The notes beneath the pieces are model-generated. The model was given only the letters and a program-made list of their open reading frames with translations. It did not search any database and had not been told where the DNA came from. Shown here one piece after another: positions 1-11,952 of a stretch of DNA of 64,000 bases. Position numbers and translations under genes: made by a program. Position 1 is the first letter of the stretch, and every line of letters starts with the position of its first letter. Source of the DNA: Gnetum montanum (taxonomy: Eukaryota > Plantae > Gnetophyta); the NCBI GenBank assembly GCA_015680685.1, contig MNCI01001197.1, positions 249,272 through 313,271 on the forward strand, written 5' to 3'.

Positions 1-212
1 ATCTGCAAATTGTAGCTGAGGAGTGATTGCATCATCATCACGCCATCAAACGCTACTGGCCTCTGCACTATTTCACGAATTTCATTGGCACTACATGGGA
101 ATACATTTTGGTTGCTGCATTTTGGTTCCATCTCATTGCTTCAACAACTTCCTAACATGCAGATTTGAAGGGGCATAACAACTTTCAGTTATCACCAGAT
201 GGTTTTTGAAAG

Positions 213-299
213 GGTTTTGATGCAGATACTATTATTAGAACCGCTTCTATTAAAATGCATTCCAAATGCAAGGATATGTACGAAGTTAGGAAATGGCTT
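213..299 (+). pseudogene. PLS-class PPR gene fragment inside the 5' LTR
   Basis: Translates GFDADTIIRTASIKMHSKCKDMYEVRKWL, resembling the PPR consensus GFxxDxxxGTALIDMYSKCGxxxEARKxF. Second copy at 10153-10239. Confidence 0.7.
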
Positions 300-976
300 C
301 TAGAGAAGACTTCGCAATGGTGAACCTGCAAATAACCTTATCAAAAATAGCAGTAGTGCCCGACGTTGACGCATTTGTTATCGCCATACTAATCCACTGA
401 ACATGGTAACAGAGACATGAAGGCACAATAAGATAGGTGTAAAACCGAATCAGCAGAACCAAGAGATGTTTTAGCCAATGCCAATAAATAAGATTTGTAG
501 TTTATTCATCGCTGAAGACAAATACAAAACCTAAACGCGTGAAATTGGAGTTACAGAAATAAAATTTCAATTTCACATGGTCTAGTGGTCAAAATATAAT
601 TTTGGCAATTTCTCACATACGATAATGGTATGAAGCCCTTGTTAAAGACCTATCGTTAATTTAATTATCCTGAGTGAATTACTAAGGCTTTATACAAAAT
701 GAAAAATTAAAAATCCTAAAATAAAAATTAAATGAAGCTCTCATAAGATTGAGGTCTTGAATTTATTTTTCAAAAATTATTGTATAGGTTGTTGCCCATA
801 AAATATTTGTAATATTTATAAATGTCAATGTTAGCATAAGTTCCTCCTAATTTTTTGTATAACTTCCTAACTAGATTCAAGAAATATCTCCTAACTAGTT
901 GGGTAAGTTATAACTTCCTTTCTTGAGAGAGAAGTTAGCTAAGATATTTTGAAATATGTAACTACCTTTTGAACCC

Positions 977-984
977 TATAAAAA
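977..984 (+). promoter_or_regulatory. Putative LTR TATA box
   Basis: CCCTATAAAAAGG within the LTR. The equivalent segment of the 3' LTR is lost at the N at 10790. Confidence 0.6.
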
Positions 985-2253
985 GGCTTCAGGGGTAAGA
1001 GGAAAGGGATATTGGGGACTACTAACACACACTTGGGGTCACACATTGTGAAAGATTGCTTGTAAGATGACTGGCTAAAGAAAAGATTTCAGCCTCTTTG
1101 TCATAGTCCTATGAGTTATGTTTTATTTTTATTTTCTTTAAATTGTTTAGCTAGTGGTTTAGATAGTATCATGCTTGGCTAGTGATTTTTGGATTTTTAG
1201 ATTGCTCTTTTTGTTCTCATTGCATAATAGAAGATTTCTATTAAAATTTTTCCATAGAAGCGCTTGTNTGGATTTTTAGATTGCTCTTTTTGTTCTCATT
1301 GCATAATAGAAGATTTCTATTAAAATTTTTCCATAGAAGCGCTTGTGTTTGAAAGCTTTAAGAGCATTTTAGTAGTAAATTTTATTATTGTGCAATGTGT
1401 AAGAACCGCTATTGATATTATTGTAAGAGAGCCTCTGCTTGTAGTCATGTCATTGAACAATCCAATAGTCAAGAGGGTTCAGAAAATCTTTCGTATTTTG
1501 ATGGGACCAGAATAGCTTCTTTTATCTTAAAAGTGAATCTCCATGGTATTTCAATAAAAAATTTTCAAGTCTTTTGAAGGTTCTGTTGAATGCAATTGTT
1601 GACGTCCATTATCTAGCCAAATGAAGTCTTGTACGTGATAGTTTATGCAACATTTTTTGGTAGCATAGTAGGATTGTCTTGAAAAAATTGCTTATTTGAG
1701 TCTTGGAAGTTTGAACAATTCGTAGTTATTGAATTTGGGATAGCTTTATTGCGAAGTGTTTACTCGTATCATTTTACCTTATTTAAACATTTGAGGTCCT
1801 AACCCAAATATGCTTTCTTTCCTTTCTATTTCCATTGAATCTTGCTCTATTTCTAGTTTTCTTGTGGAACTATCTCTTTCTCTGGGGAGAATTAGAAGTA
1901 GATTCGGGGAGTTGTGCTCACATGTTTTTGCAAAATTTTATTTGTTACAAGTAGGTATTATAAGGACTGCGTAGACTAGGTAGTTGAACAAAATAGGAAC
2001 TCCCAACAACTCATAGTACTTGGAAAAGTTGGCAGAATCTCTTTAAGTTAAGTCATTTGTAGTTTACACACAACGCAATCGTTTCATTTTTCACAACCAC
2101 ACACTGCAACAGCACACATACATACTCACATTAACTATTGAGTCTATTTGGAGGTATCTGGGACTTGGTGTTGCCAGAGACCAGTAAGCACCTAAATCCT
2201 ATTTGAGGACACTCGTTGGTGGTCGTATCCCAAACGGTCGTCAATAGTTCTTT

Positions 2254-2270
2254 TGGCACTAGAAGGAAGG
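2254..2270 (+). other. Primer-binding site, tRNA-Asn type
   Basis: TGGCACTAGAAGGAAGG 7 nt after the LTR end; close to TGGCGCTAGAAGGAGGG, the complement of the plant tRNA-Asn(GUU) 3' end. Confidence 0.85.
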
Positions 2271-2371
2271 CTGAAAATTTAGCCTCTAAGTTCATAAGCC
2301 TTCTAATTTTAGCACATCAAAAATTCTTTGTTGCTATGAAGGCTTAAAAAATTAGATACCATTTTCAGTTC

Positions 2372-4021
2372 ATGACCAAGAAGATTGATAGTTTGGAAAA
2401 TTTAAAAGTTTCAAAAGATATTCTTGATTCTAAGATTGATTCTTCATCAGAAGAAGAGAAAAAGAAATTTTTTGAATTAGGAACAAGTAGTGGAGTGAAA
2501 ACTAGAAGATCAAGAAGATCACCCATTATATCTGGTTTATCAATTTATAAGAGAAGATCTAGAAAGTCTAAGAGTTCAACATTTCAAAGGAATAGGATGG
2601 CAAATCCTTGGCAAGGAGTTACACCATTAGGATTTCAAAATTACAATGATATTCCTAAGGTAGTTTACAAATATTTGCCTGAGCCTTTCATTCCTGGAAA
2701 AGCTTATTTAGCTGAAGAATATATTCACATGTTTGAGTTAGCTTTAGCTCATGCAAATATTCAACATCAAGATCAAGCTTGTAGGTTGTTTGTATCAAAT
2801 CTAAAGGATATGGCTCAGATTTGGTATTCGAACTTACCAAGTAATAGTATTACAAGTTGGGATGACATGAAGAATCTTTTCTTAGCCCAGTTTGGTAATC
2901 AATTAGATCAACAACAACTATACTATGGGCTAATACAAGCTAAGCAAGGAGTTAAAGAGTCAATTAGAGATTTCAACATCAAGTTTCAACGAATTTGTGG
3001 ACTCTTTCAAAGACAATATAGACCATCAGAAGAAATGCTTAAAGAAACTTACCTTAAGGTTGTCAACCCCAACATTTCAATTTGGTTAAGGAGAACTCCA
3101 AACTTAACTACACTAAATGACTACTTTAGTGAAGCTATACAGTTAGAAAAACAATTGAACTTGAACCCTGAAGAAAATATTGCACTTCAAAAAAGAGAAG
3201 AAAGAGTTATGATTCCTATGAAAGATTTTGCTCAATTTAAAGCTTTACCAGGTCCATCTCATGTTAAGATAGATCAAGAACATGAAAGAGTAGAATCTAG
3301 AAAAGGATAGTTAATGAGAGATATGTCTAACAAAATAGTAAAACTTGAAAAAGCTTTAACAAGAGTTAATATCAAGGAAGAAAGGAAAAATAGAAAGCAT
3401 AAACATCAAGACACTAAGTTAGCAAAAAATGAGGATGAAAGTGACCTTATTATGTCCAACTTTCTTGATATTGAATCTGATAATGAGTTATCTAGTGTTC
3501 ATTATGCAAGTAAATCTTCTAGCAATGGATCTAGCGATACTTCTTCTCTATCAAGTTCTGAAGAAGATATGTCTTCAGATGAAGAATGCAATAACAATGA
3601 GGAAAATGGATATAGTCTCCGATCAAAGGAAAGACTAACTACTTCTAGACCCCTAAATGTTATTACTAATCCATCTACTAATAGAAAAGCTTTTGAGCTA
3701 AATAGAAGAGATAAGAATAAAGGTAAAGACAATCAAGTTGAGCAAAGCACTCCAAATTAGTCTTTTAATAAATGGATAAAGAAACCAAGTTTTATTGGTG
3801 ATGGAGAGTATGATTTGATTGAAGACCTTAAACATGTTAAGGCCAATATTAGCTTTTATCAGTTACGTCAAATAGGAGATCAACAAAGAAAGGCTTTAGA
3901 GTTCATTAAAGGAAAAAGGAGAGTTAGAGAATCAGAGTTAAGTTATGTGTCTAATAATGATGAGAAATTAAAGACCTCATATGATAAGGAAGCTCCTCCT
4001 TTCCTTTTAACAATGAAATAA
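2372..4021 (+). pseudogene. gag: gag of element A (in-frame stops)
   Basis: ORFs 2372-3310, 3314-3760 and 3815-4021 share one frame. Retrotrans_gag motif LKDMAQIWYSNLPSNSITSWDDMKNLFLAQF..KQGVKESIRDF, then a Ser/acidic linker. Confidence 0.9.
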
Positions 4022-4029
4022 AAGATAAA

Positions 4030-4340
4030 TATTTACACAATTGTTTGGTTGATTCTGGAGTTACATCTACTATAATGCCATTGTATATATGTAAGAAACT
4101 TAGTTTGATTCCTAAAAAATAAAATAGGAAGATTGTTCAAGTGGATAAAAGTAGAGTGAAGATTGTGGGTCAATTACCAAATGTTCTATTAGAAATTACT
4201 TCTGAACCCCGCATTAGAAGTAGAGTAACTATTCAAGTGGTAGATATACTAGATTCACATAGTCTCTTATTGAGTAGAAGTTAGAGCAAGAATTTCTCAG
4301 GTTAAATATCAATAGATTATTCTCACATGTGGTTACCTTG
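4030..4340 (+). pseudogene. Aspartic protease of element A
   Basis: LHNCLVDSGVTSTIMP (GAT TCT GGA at 4051-4059) ... SLLLSRS; contains stops. Confidence 0.85.
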
Positions 4341-4506
4341 GAAAGGAGAACCAAATCAAATCTACATATATAGCGAACCTTTGATGATTGATAACATTAA
4401 TTCAAATGGAAAAAGTAAAATGGCTGAAAAAGAAGGTGTTGAAAACAAAATCTGTACACTTCAAGAAAATTATAGTTCTGAAAAAGAACAATCAAAGAAT
4501 GAGGAT

Positions 4507-4880
4507 AAATGGGAGTTAAACTTTGATGGTTCATATAATTCAAAAGGTGCAGGAGTCAACATAGTTATATTAAGGAATGATTCACCTAAAATTCTCAAAG
4601 CAAGTCATCTATCTTTCCCTTGTACTAACAACAAAGCTAAGTATGAAGCTTTATGTATTGGTATAAGAATAGCTTTAGACAAAAAGATTAGAGAAATCAC
4701 TATAAAAGGAGACTCAAGATTAGTTTGTGAACAAGTAAAAGGTAATTATGTAGTAAAGAGCTTATTCTTAAGACCTTATAAGCAACTTGCTTGTAAGATG
4801 TTAGGTTAGTTCCAACATTGCTAAATAGAGCATATAAACCGAGAAAAGAATCTTATAGTAGATGATTTGGTAAAGGAAGC
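4507..4880 (+). pseudogene. Additional archaeal-type RNase H (aRH) between PR and RT
   Basis: KWELNFDGSYNSKGAGVNIV..FPCTNNKAKYEALCIGIRIA..IKGDSRLVCEQVKG, followed by HINREKNLIVDDL. Confidence 0.9.
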
Positions 4881-5269
4881 TTCAACATTGGATATGCAAA
4901 TAATAGAAAGTTACAAGGATGTTATGATTGAAGAAGAACATCAGCCATTAGTACCAGATAATATAAGACATTTACAAGTATTTGAAGATGATGATCAAGT
5001 ACTAAGATTTATGAAAAACAAACAAGAATTTGAGGGTCAAGTGATACCTAAAACATCATCAAACTCCAAAGCTAATTTCATTCCAAAAAGGATGATTGAC
5101 TTGGAACATGAATTCAAGAAAAATTTACTTACTGGAAAGGATATACAAAACCCATATTGTCAAGCTTTCGAGGTAGTGAATTTTGGATTAGATAGAATGC
5201 CAAAGATGTTGAATATTATAAAGGAAAGATATTCCAGTTTCAAGCAGAACTTGTTAACATGTCTAAGAA

Positions 5270-6570
5270 ATAATTTGGACAATTTTGCTTGGTCTTATGA
5301 TGATCTTAAAGCTTTTAGACAGGATGTTATGACACATAAAATTTCTTTAATAGAAGGTTGCAAAATAGTCAAGCAAAAACAAAGGAAATTCAATCCATCA
5401 TTTGAACTAGCTGTGGAAGCTAAAATCAAGAAGTTGTTACAAGCACGAATCATATATCCAGTACGATATTCAACATGGCTTGCTAACCTTGTTCTAGTGA
5501 GAAAGAAAAATGGTGATATAAGGCTTTGTGTAGACTTTAGAAATCTGAATGATGCCTCAAAAAAGGATAAGTATCCACTTCCAAGAATTGATGAGATGCT
5601 GATTAAAGTCTCAGGTTGTCAAGTATATTCTTTCTTAGATGTTTTCTCAGGTTATAATCAAATCATGGTAGATAAGAATGATAGATACAAAATAGCATTT
5701 ATCATAAAATGGGGAACTTTCGCTTACCAAAGAATGCCATTTGGATTGTTAAATGCTGGAGTTTCTTTCCAAAGAGCAATGGATTTAGCATTTAAGAATT
5801 TATTAGGAAAATTCATGGTGGTTTATTTGGATGATATTACAATATTCTCAAAGAAAAAGGAAGATCATATTAATCATCTCCAGCAAGTTTTCGATAGATG
5901 TCGTGAGTTTGGTATTTCATTAAATCCTAAGAAGTGTATTTTCAGGGTTAAATCTGGAAGCTTATTAGGCCATGTGATATGTCAAGAAGGGATTGCCATA
6001 GACAATTCCTGAATCCAAGTAGTACAGAATATTGAACATCGCAAAAGTAAGAAATCTCTTAGATCTTTCTTTGGGAAGATAAACTTTGTGAAAAATTTCA
6101 TCCCCAGGTTTACTAAAATTACCAAGCCTTTGATGCATATGTTAAAAAAGGACGTCAAAGTAGAGAAAACACCAGAATCAGAGAGAGCTTTATTAGAAAT
6201 TAAAAATTTTATACAAGAGGCTCCGTATTTGGTGAAGCCTAGGCTAAACGAAGATTTTTGGTTATATTCTTTTGCTTTGAATGATTCTATCGCTGCCGTT
6301 TTAACACAAAAATATGATGAAGGTCAAGATGAACCAATTGGATTTTTTGGGTATCAGTTAAAAAGTTTAGAATTAAATTATTCAAACTTAGAGAAACAAG
6401 CTTTTTCAGTCATCAAAGCACTTCAACATTTTAAATATTATTTGGAAAGTTCATTAGTCCACATTATGCTAATTGAACCTGTAGTGAAGCAATTCCTAGC
6501 CCAAAATGAGATTGGATTAAAAAAAGGAAAATGGCTTATAAAGTTGCAAAGTTTTATATTTTCATTATAA
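5270..6570 (+). pseudogene. pol: Reverse transcriptase and RNase H of element A
   Basis: FAWSYDDL, RLCVDFRNLN, MPFGLLNAG, VYLDDI, LNPKKC; RH region AAVLTQ..NYSNLEKQAF..KW. Confidence 0.93.
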
Positions 6571-6639
6571 ATATGCAAAACAATTAAGGGAATGGGATTA
6601 GCCAAGTTAATGACTAGAGAAAGTGAAGTATGTACACTT

Positions 6640-7880
6640 GATACCCATGAAGAGAATTGGTATAATGAAATTCTCAAGTTTCTTAATACAAGGAAAATCC
6701 CAAACAATTTAATTGCAAGTCAAAAGAGAGTTTTCTTCAAAAGAGCACAAAGATTCATTGTTAAAGATGGTATATTATACAGAAAAGATTTTTGAGGGGT
6801 TTTATTGGAATGTGTTCATAATGACCAAATTAGTTTCATTTTGGAACAATTTCATGATCATTTGAATTTATTTTATGAATCCCCTAAGTCGACTATGCAA
6901 CATATACTTTGATATGGACATTACTAGCCTTCCATGTATCAAGACATTAGTTTGAAGATTCAAAAATGCTATAAATGTCAAATTCATAGGCCCAAAATTA
7001 AAAAGGCTAGAGCTCCTTTGAAGCCAGTAGTTGCAGATAGACCATTTCAGCTATGGGGTTTGGATTTTATTGGAGCAATTACTCCTTCAAAAGCTAGACA
7101 CAATTTTATTCTCACAGCTACTGATTATTTCACTAAATGGTTTGAAGTAAAGGCTCTAAGAGGAAGTTCAGCATCAGATGTGATTAAGTTCCTAGAAGAC
7201 CACATTCTAAGTAGATTTGGTCTACCTGAAGTGTTAGTGTCAGACAATGGACCCATCTTCAAATCCGAAGAGTTTATCATATGGGCATCAGAAAAATCTA
7301 TTTTCTTATTTTCCTCATCAAACTACTATCCCCAAGGAAATGGCCTAGTAGAATCCACCAATAAAAATATTATCGCATATATCAAGAAATCGATGGATGG
7401 AAATCTAGGAAATTGGATTAATTATCTACAATCTACATTATGGTTAGATCAAATTAGATTCAAGAAAGCTATTAGGACATCACCGTATAACTTAGTTTAT
7501 AGTTTACTAGCTAGAATTACAAATAAGATTGTAAGCTCAGCTTCTAAATTTGTACAAAAATATAGCGAAAAAACTGATAAAGATAGAAGTTTCATGATTT
7601 TGCTTATTAAAAGAGAAGCTGAAGTAGATAAAGCCATGGATAATTTGTTACAGAATACCTCTCAAGTTAAAAGATGGTTTGATAGGAAAGCTCTGAAAAG
7701 AAATTTGAAGATAGGAGACCTTGTCCTATTATGGAATATGAAGAAACCGAATAAGTTTACCCCGACATGGATTGGTCCCTTTCAAATTACAAAGTAATTG
7801 TCAGAGGATACTTACAAATTATCAACTTTAGATGGCATGGAATTGCAATTTTCATATAATGTTTTGCATATGAAACATTA
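6640..7880 (+). pseudogene. Integrase of element A
   Basis: CYKCQ, PFQLWGLDFIG, TDYFTKW, LVSDNG, YYPQGNGLVE, and a GPF/Y motif WIGPF. Confidence 0.92.
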
Positions 7881-8129
7881 TTTGGGACAAATGCATACAG
7901 CTTGAAGATGTCCTTACANNNNNNNNNNNNNNNNNNNNNNNNNNNNNNNNNNNNNNNNNNNNNNNNNNNNNNNNNNNNNCCTAAAAAGAAGGAAACTTGG
8001 TTGAAGATTCTTGGGGGGGATTTCAAATTTCTAGCACCTATAAAAAGAGGATTGGGTTGCCTAGGATTTCATCATTGTTCAATTCAAGTTGAGTAGTGAA
8101 AGTTAGAGAGAGATAATTTAGAAGAGGAG

Positions 8130-8663
8130 ATGGAGTTTGGGAGAGCAATGAGAAAGCCTTTTATTCCATATGTGATGGGATGTTGCCGTAAACATGTGTT
8201 AAAAGCTTACTTAAAAGCTAGATCATGTGGAGTTATGAAAGAGTGCCCTTTCATGGTTTGGTTGTCCGATGAATTTTCTTTCCTCACAAGAGGTTTAGAG
8301 ATAGAGTCGAATGTTTAGGGGCAATATCAAAATTGCACCAAAGAAGAAGATAAGGAAGAAGAGCAAACAATGAATGAGTCATGGGAAGAGGCCTTTTTCT
8401 CCCAAGAGGAACATAAAGGACCCAATGAGAAAGAACAGAAGAGTGCTAAAGAAAAAGTTCCAATAGATCTAGTTGAGAGCTCCACCAAGCCAGAGAACAA
8501 TAGAATAGCCTTCATCACATTAGAAATTTCCTATGAAATAGTTAGAGAGATGAAGATTCCTACTAGGGTAACCCTCACAATCCAGTTTCCATCCCAAGAA
8601 TAGTCCATGAAGGACTTGATAATGTACAGTTTGTTGTTTTTCTTAGGAATGAGGTTTTTATAA
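8130..8663 (+). pseudogene. 3' extra ORF of element A (~177 codons, two internal stops), function unknown
   Basis: ORFs 8130-8318 and 8370-8603 are in the same frame and continue to a hydrophobic tail (LIMYSLLFFLGMRFL*) at 8663. TATAAAAA at 8039-8046. Confidence 0.6.
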
Positions 8664-8780
8664 CATCAAACCTTATGTTTGATGGGAATTTTCCTCCAAA
8701 AAGATTTGTATGTTTAATAAAATTTTAAGGATAGTTCAGTTTTAAAGAGCTTGCATATTTTATTTCTATAAGCCTTTTTT

Positions 8781-8794
8781 AAAGGGGGCAGAAA
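8781..8794 (+). other. Polypurine tract of element A
   Basis: AAAGGGGGCAGAAA directly before TATTGG (decayed TGTTGG), which is the inverted complement of the LTR end CCAACA. Confidence 0.75.
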
Positions 8795-9285
8795 TATTGG
8801 CACATTTGGCCACTTCATGGAGCAGGTTGGCAGGATTAAATTGGTTAAGAGTTTTTGGAGAAGTGGCTAAAATTTCAGTTTGAAAGGAAAAGAATAAGTT
8901 AACAACAACATTCTCTTAATTTAAGGAATAAATATATAGGAGCACCATTCCTATAGTAAGCTTATGAATCTCTGAGCAATGCATTTTACAAGGCAGCAAT
9001 ATAGATATATAAATATATTATGATACACTGGGCTTTACGGAACCAAAGTCTAGCAAGATTATGGAGGAAGTCCAATTTTTACATGTATCATTTATATGAT
9101 ATGAATATGTAGCAAATCAAAGAGCATCTCAAGTAAATCTGGTTTTGTATCCATTTTATTTTGGAAAAGCATATCTTTGCAACAACACAAATTCAGCAGT
9201 CTAGTGGTGCAGGGTAAAATTATTTTTGCACTGATTAAACAGGAACATTGCAATTCATATTGTTAAATGGTTGAATGCGGTCAAT

Positions 9286-9507
9286 GTTAATCTTTCCTTC
9301 AACAATTTTGATGGGAACTAGTCAAAATCCTTGGGAAACAAGCTTACACAGCTGGAGAACATGGGTCTTTCTCATAACAAGATTACGGGTCCTATTCCAG
9401 AGTCTTTGTCCAACCTTACTTTTCTTCAGGTTTTAAATTTATCATTTAACAACTTTGAAGGCAACGTCAACTTTTCTGAAGGCTCTCTCCGAAGATTGAA
9501 AAATTAA
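9286..9507 (+). pseudogene. Captured plant extracellular-LRR (RLK/RLP) fragment
   Basis: VNLSFNNFDGN*SKSLGNKLTQLENMGLSHNKITGPIPESLSNLTFLQVLNLSFNNFEGNV, matching the plant LRR consensus LxxLxLSxNxLxGxIPxxLxxL. Confidence 0.9.
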
Positions 9508-9782
<275 letters not shown>

Positions 9783-10152
9783 TAAAACCCTCATAAACAC
9801 ATAGAAACAGAGTCATGTTTCGTTGAAACCCCAATCTCATTACCAAATTTGCTTGATAATATCAGCGCATCTTCATCAAATTAAACTACCCCCTTCTCCA
9901 ACACTACCACTACATTAGCGAGCTCTTGTTCTGTGCGGTAGTCCATGATGTGCAGCTGAGGAGTGATTGCATCGTCGTCATGCCATCAAACCCTACTGGC
10001 CTCTACTTTGTTTCATGAATTTCATCGGCAATGCGCGGGAATACATTTTGGTTGCTACGTTTTGGTTCCATCTCATTGCTTGAACAACTTCCTAACGTGT
10101 AGATTCGAAGGGGTGTAACAACTTTTAGTTATCACTAGATGATTTTTAAAAG

Positions 10153-10239
10153 GGTTTTGATGCAGATACCATTATTAGAACTGCTTCGATTAAAATGCAT
10201 TCCAAATGCAGGGATATGTACGAAGTTAGGAAACTACTT
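10153..10239 (+). pseudogene. PLS-class PPR fragment inside the 3' LTR
   Basis: GFDADTIIRTASIKMHSKCRDMYEVRKLL; same fragment as 213-299. Confidence 0.7.
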
Positions 10240-11952
10240 TCAGAGAAGACTTTGTAATGGTGAACCTGCAAATAACCTTATCAAAAATAGCAGTAGTGCC
10301 CGACGTCGATGCATTTTTTATTGCCATACCAATCCACTGAACATGGCAACAGAGACATGAAGGCACAATAAGATAGGTGTACAACCAAATCAGCAGAACT
10401 AGGAGATGTTTTAGTCGATGCCGATAAATCAGAGTTGTAGTTTATTCATCATTGAAGACAAATACAAAACTCGAATGCATGAAATTGGAGTTACAAAAAT
10501 AAAATTTTAATTTCACATGGTCTGGTGGTCAAAATATAATTTTGGCAATTTCTCACATACGATAATGGTTAATTTAATTATCCCAAGTGAATTACTAAGG
10601 CTTTATACACAATGGGAAATTAAAAATCCTAAAATAAAAATTGAATGAAGCTCTCATAAGATTAAGGTCTTAAATTTATTTTTCAAAAATTATTGTATAG
10701 GTTGTTGCCTATAAAATATTTGTAATATTTACAAATGTCAATGTTAGCATAAGTTCCTCCTAATTTTTTGTATAACTTCCTAACTAGATNTGGATATTAG
10801 GGACTACTAGCACACACTTAAGGTCACACATTGTGAAAGATTGCTTGTAAGATGACTGGCTAAAGAAAAGATTTCAGCCTCTTTGTCATAGTCCTATGAG
10901 TTATGTTTTATTTTTATTTTGTTTAAATTGTTTAGCTAGTGGTTTAGATAGTATCATGCTTGGCTAGTAGTTTTTGGATTTTTAGATTGCTCTTTTTGTT
11001 CTCGTTGCATAATAGAAGATTTCTATTAAAATTTTGCCATAGAAGCGCTTGTGTTCGAAACCCTTAAGAGCATTTTAGTAGTAAATTTTATTATTGTGCA
11101 ATCTATAAGAACCAATATTGATATTATTGTAAGAGAGCCTTTGCTTGTAGTCATGTCGTTGAACGATCCAATAGTCAAGAGGGTTCAAAAAATCTTTGGT
11201 ATTTTGATGGGACCAGAATAGCTTCTTTTATCTTTAAAGTGAATCTCCGTGGTATTTCAATCAAAAATTGTCAAGTCTTTTGAAGGTTCTATTGAATGCA
11301 ATTGTTGACATCCATTATATAGCCAAATGAAGTCTCGTACGTGATAGTTTACGCAACATTTTTTGGTAGCATACTAGGATTATCTTGAAAAAATTGCTTA
11401 TTTAAGCCTTGGAAGTTTGAACAATTCGTAGTTATTGAATTTGGGATAGCTTTATTATGAAGTTTTTACTCATATCATTTTACCTTTTTTAAACATTTAA
11501 GATCCTAACACAAATCTGCTTTCTTTCCTTTCTATTTCCATTGAATCTTGCTTTATTTCTAGTTTTCTTGTGGAACTATCTCTTTCTCTGGGGAAAATTA
11601 GAAGTAGATTCAGGGAGTTGTGCTCAAATGTTTTTCCAGAATTTTATTTGTTACAAGTAGGTATTATAAGGACTGCGTAGACTAGGCAATTGAACAAAAT
11701 AGGAACTTCCAACAACTCACAGTACTTGGCAAAGTTGGCTGAATCTCTTTAAGATAAGTCATTTATAGTTTACACACAACGCCATCATTTCATTTTTCAC
11801 AACAACACACTGCAAAATCACACACACATACTCACATTAACTACTGAGTCTATTTGGAGGTATCTGGGCCTTGGTGTTGCCAGAGACCAGCAAGCACCTA
11901 AATCCTATTCAAGGACACTCGTTGGTGGTCGCATCTCAAACGGTCACCAACA

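Larger units (their letters stand above)
11..2246 (+). repeat. 5' LTR of element A (partial)
   Basis: Aligns with 9951-11952 (offset 9940 at the start). Ends CGGTCGTCAATA (3' copy CGGTCACCAACA) just before the PBS. Confidence 0.92.

Noticed and set aside
1189-1347. Exact ~79-bp tandem duplication in the 5' LTR
   Set aside because: The copies are separated by a single N and the duplication is absent from the 3' LTR: a contig-overlap artefact.
2254-2270. tRNA genes at tRNA-like sequences (also 40990 and 58454)
   Set aside because: Only 17-18-nt complements of tRNA 3' ends next to LTRs, i.e. primer-binding sites.
10139-10360. 73-aa ORF in the LTR
   Set aside because: It has stops in the 5' LTR copy, and the recognisable PPR similarity is in another frame.
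10780-10800. Apparent loss of the TATA region from the 3' LTR
   Set aside because: It coincides with an N gap, so it cannot be called a real deletion.
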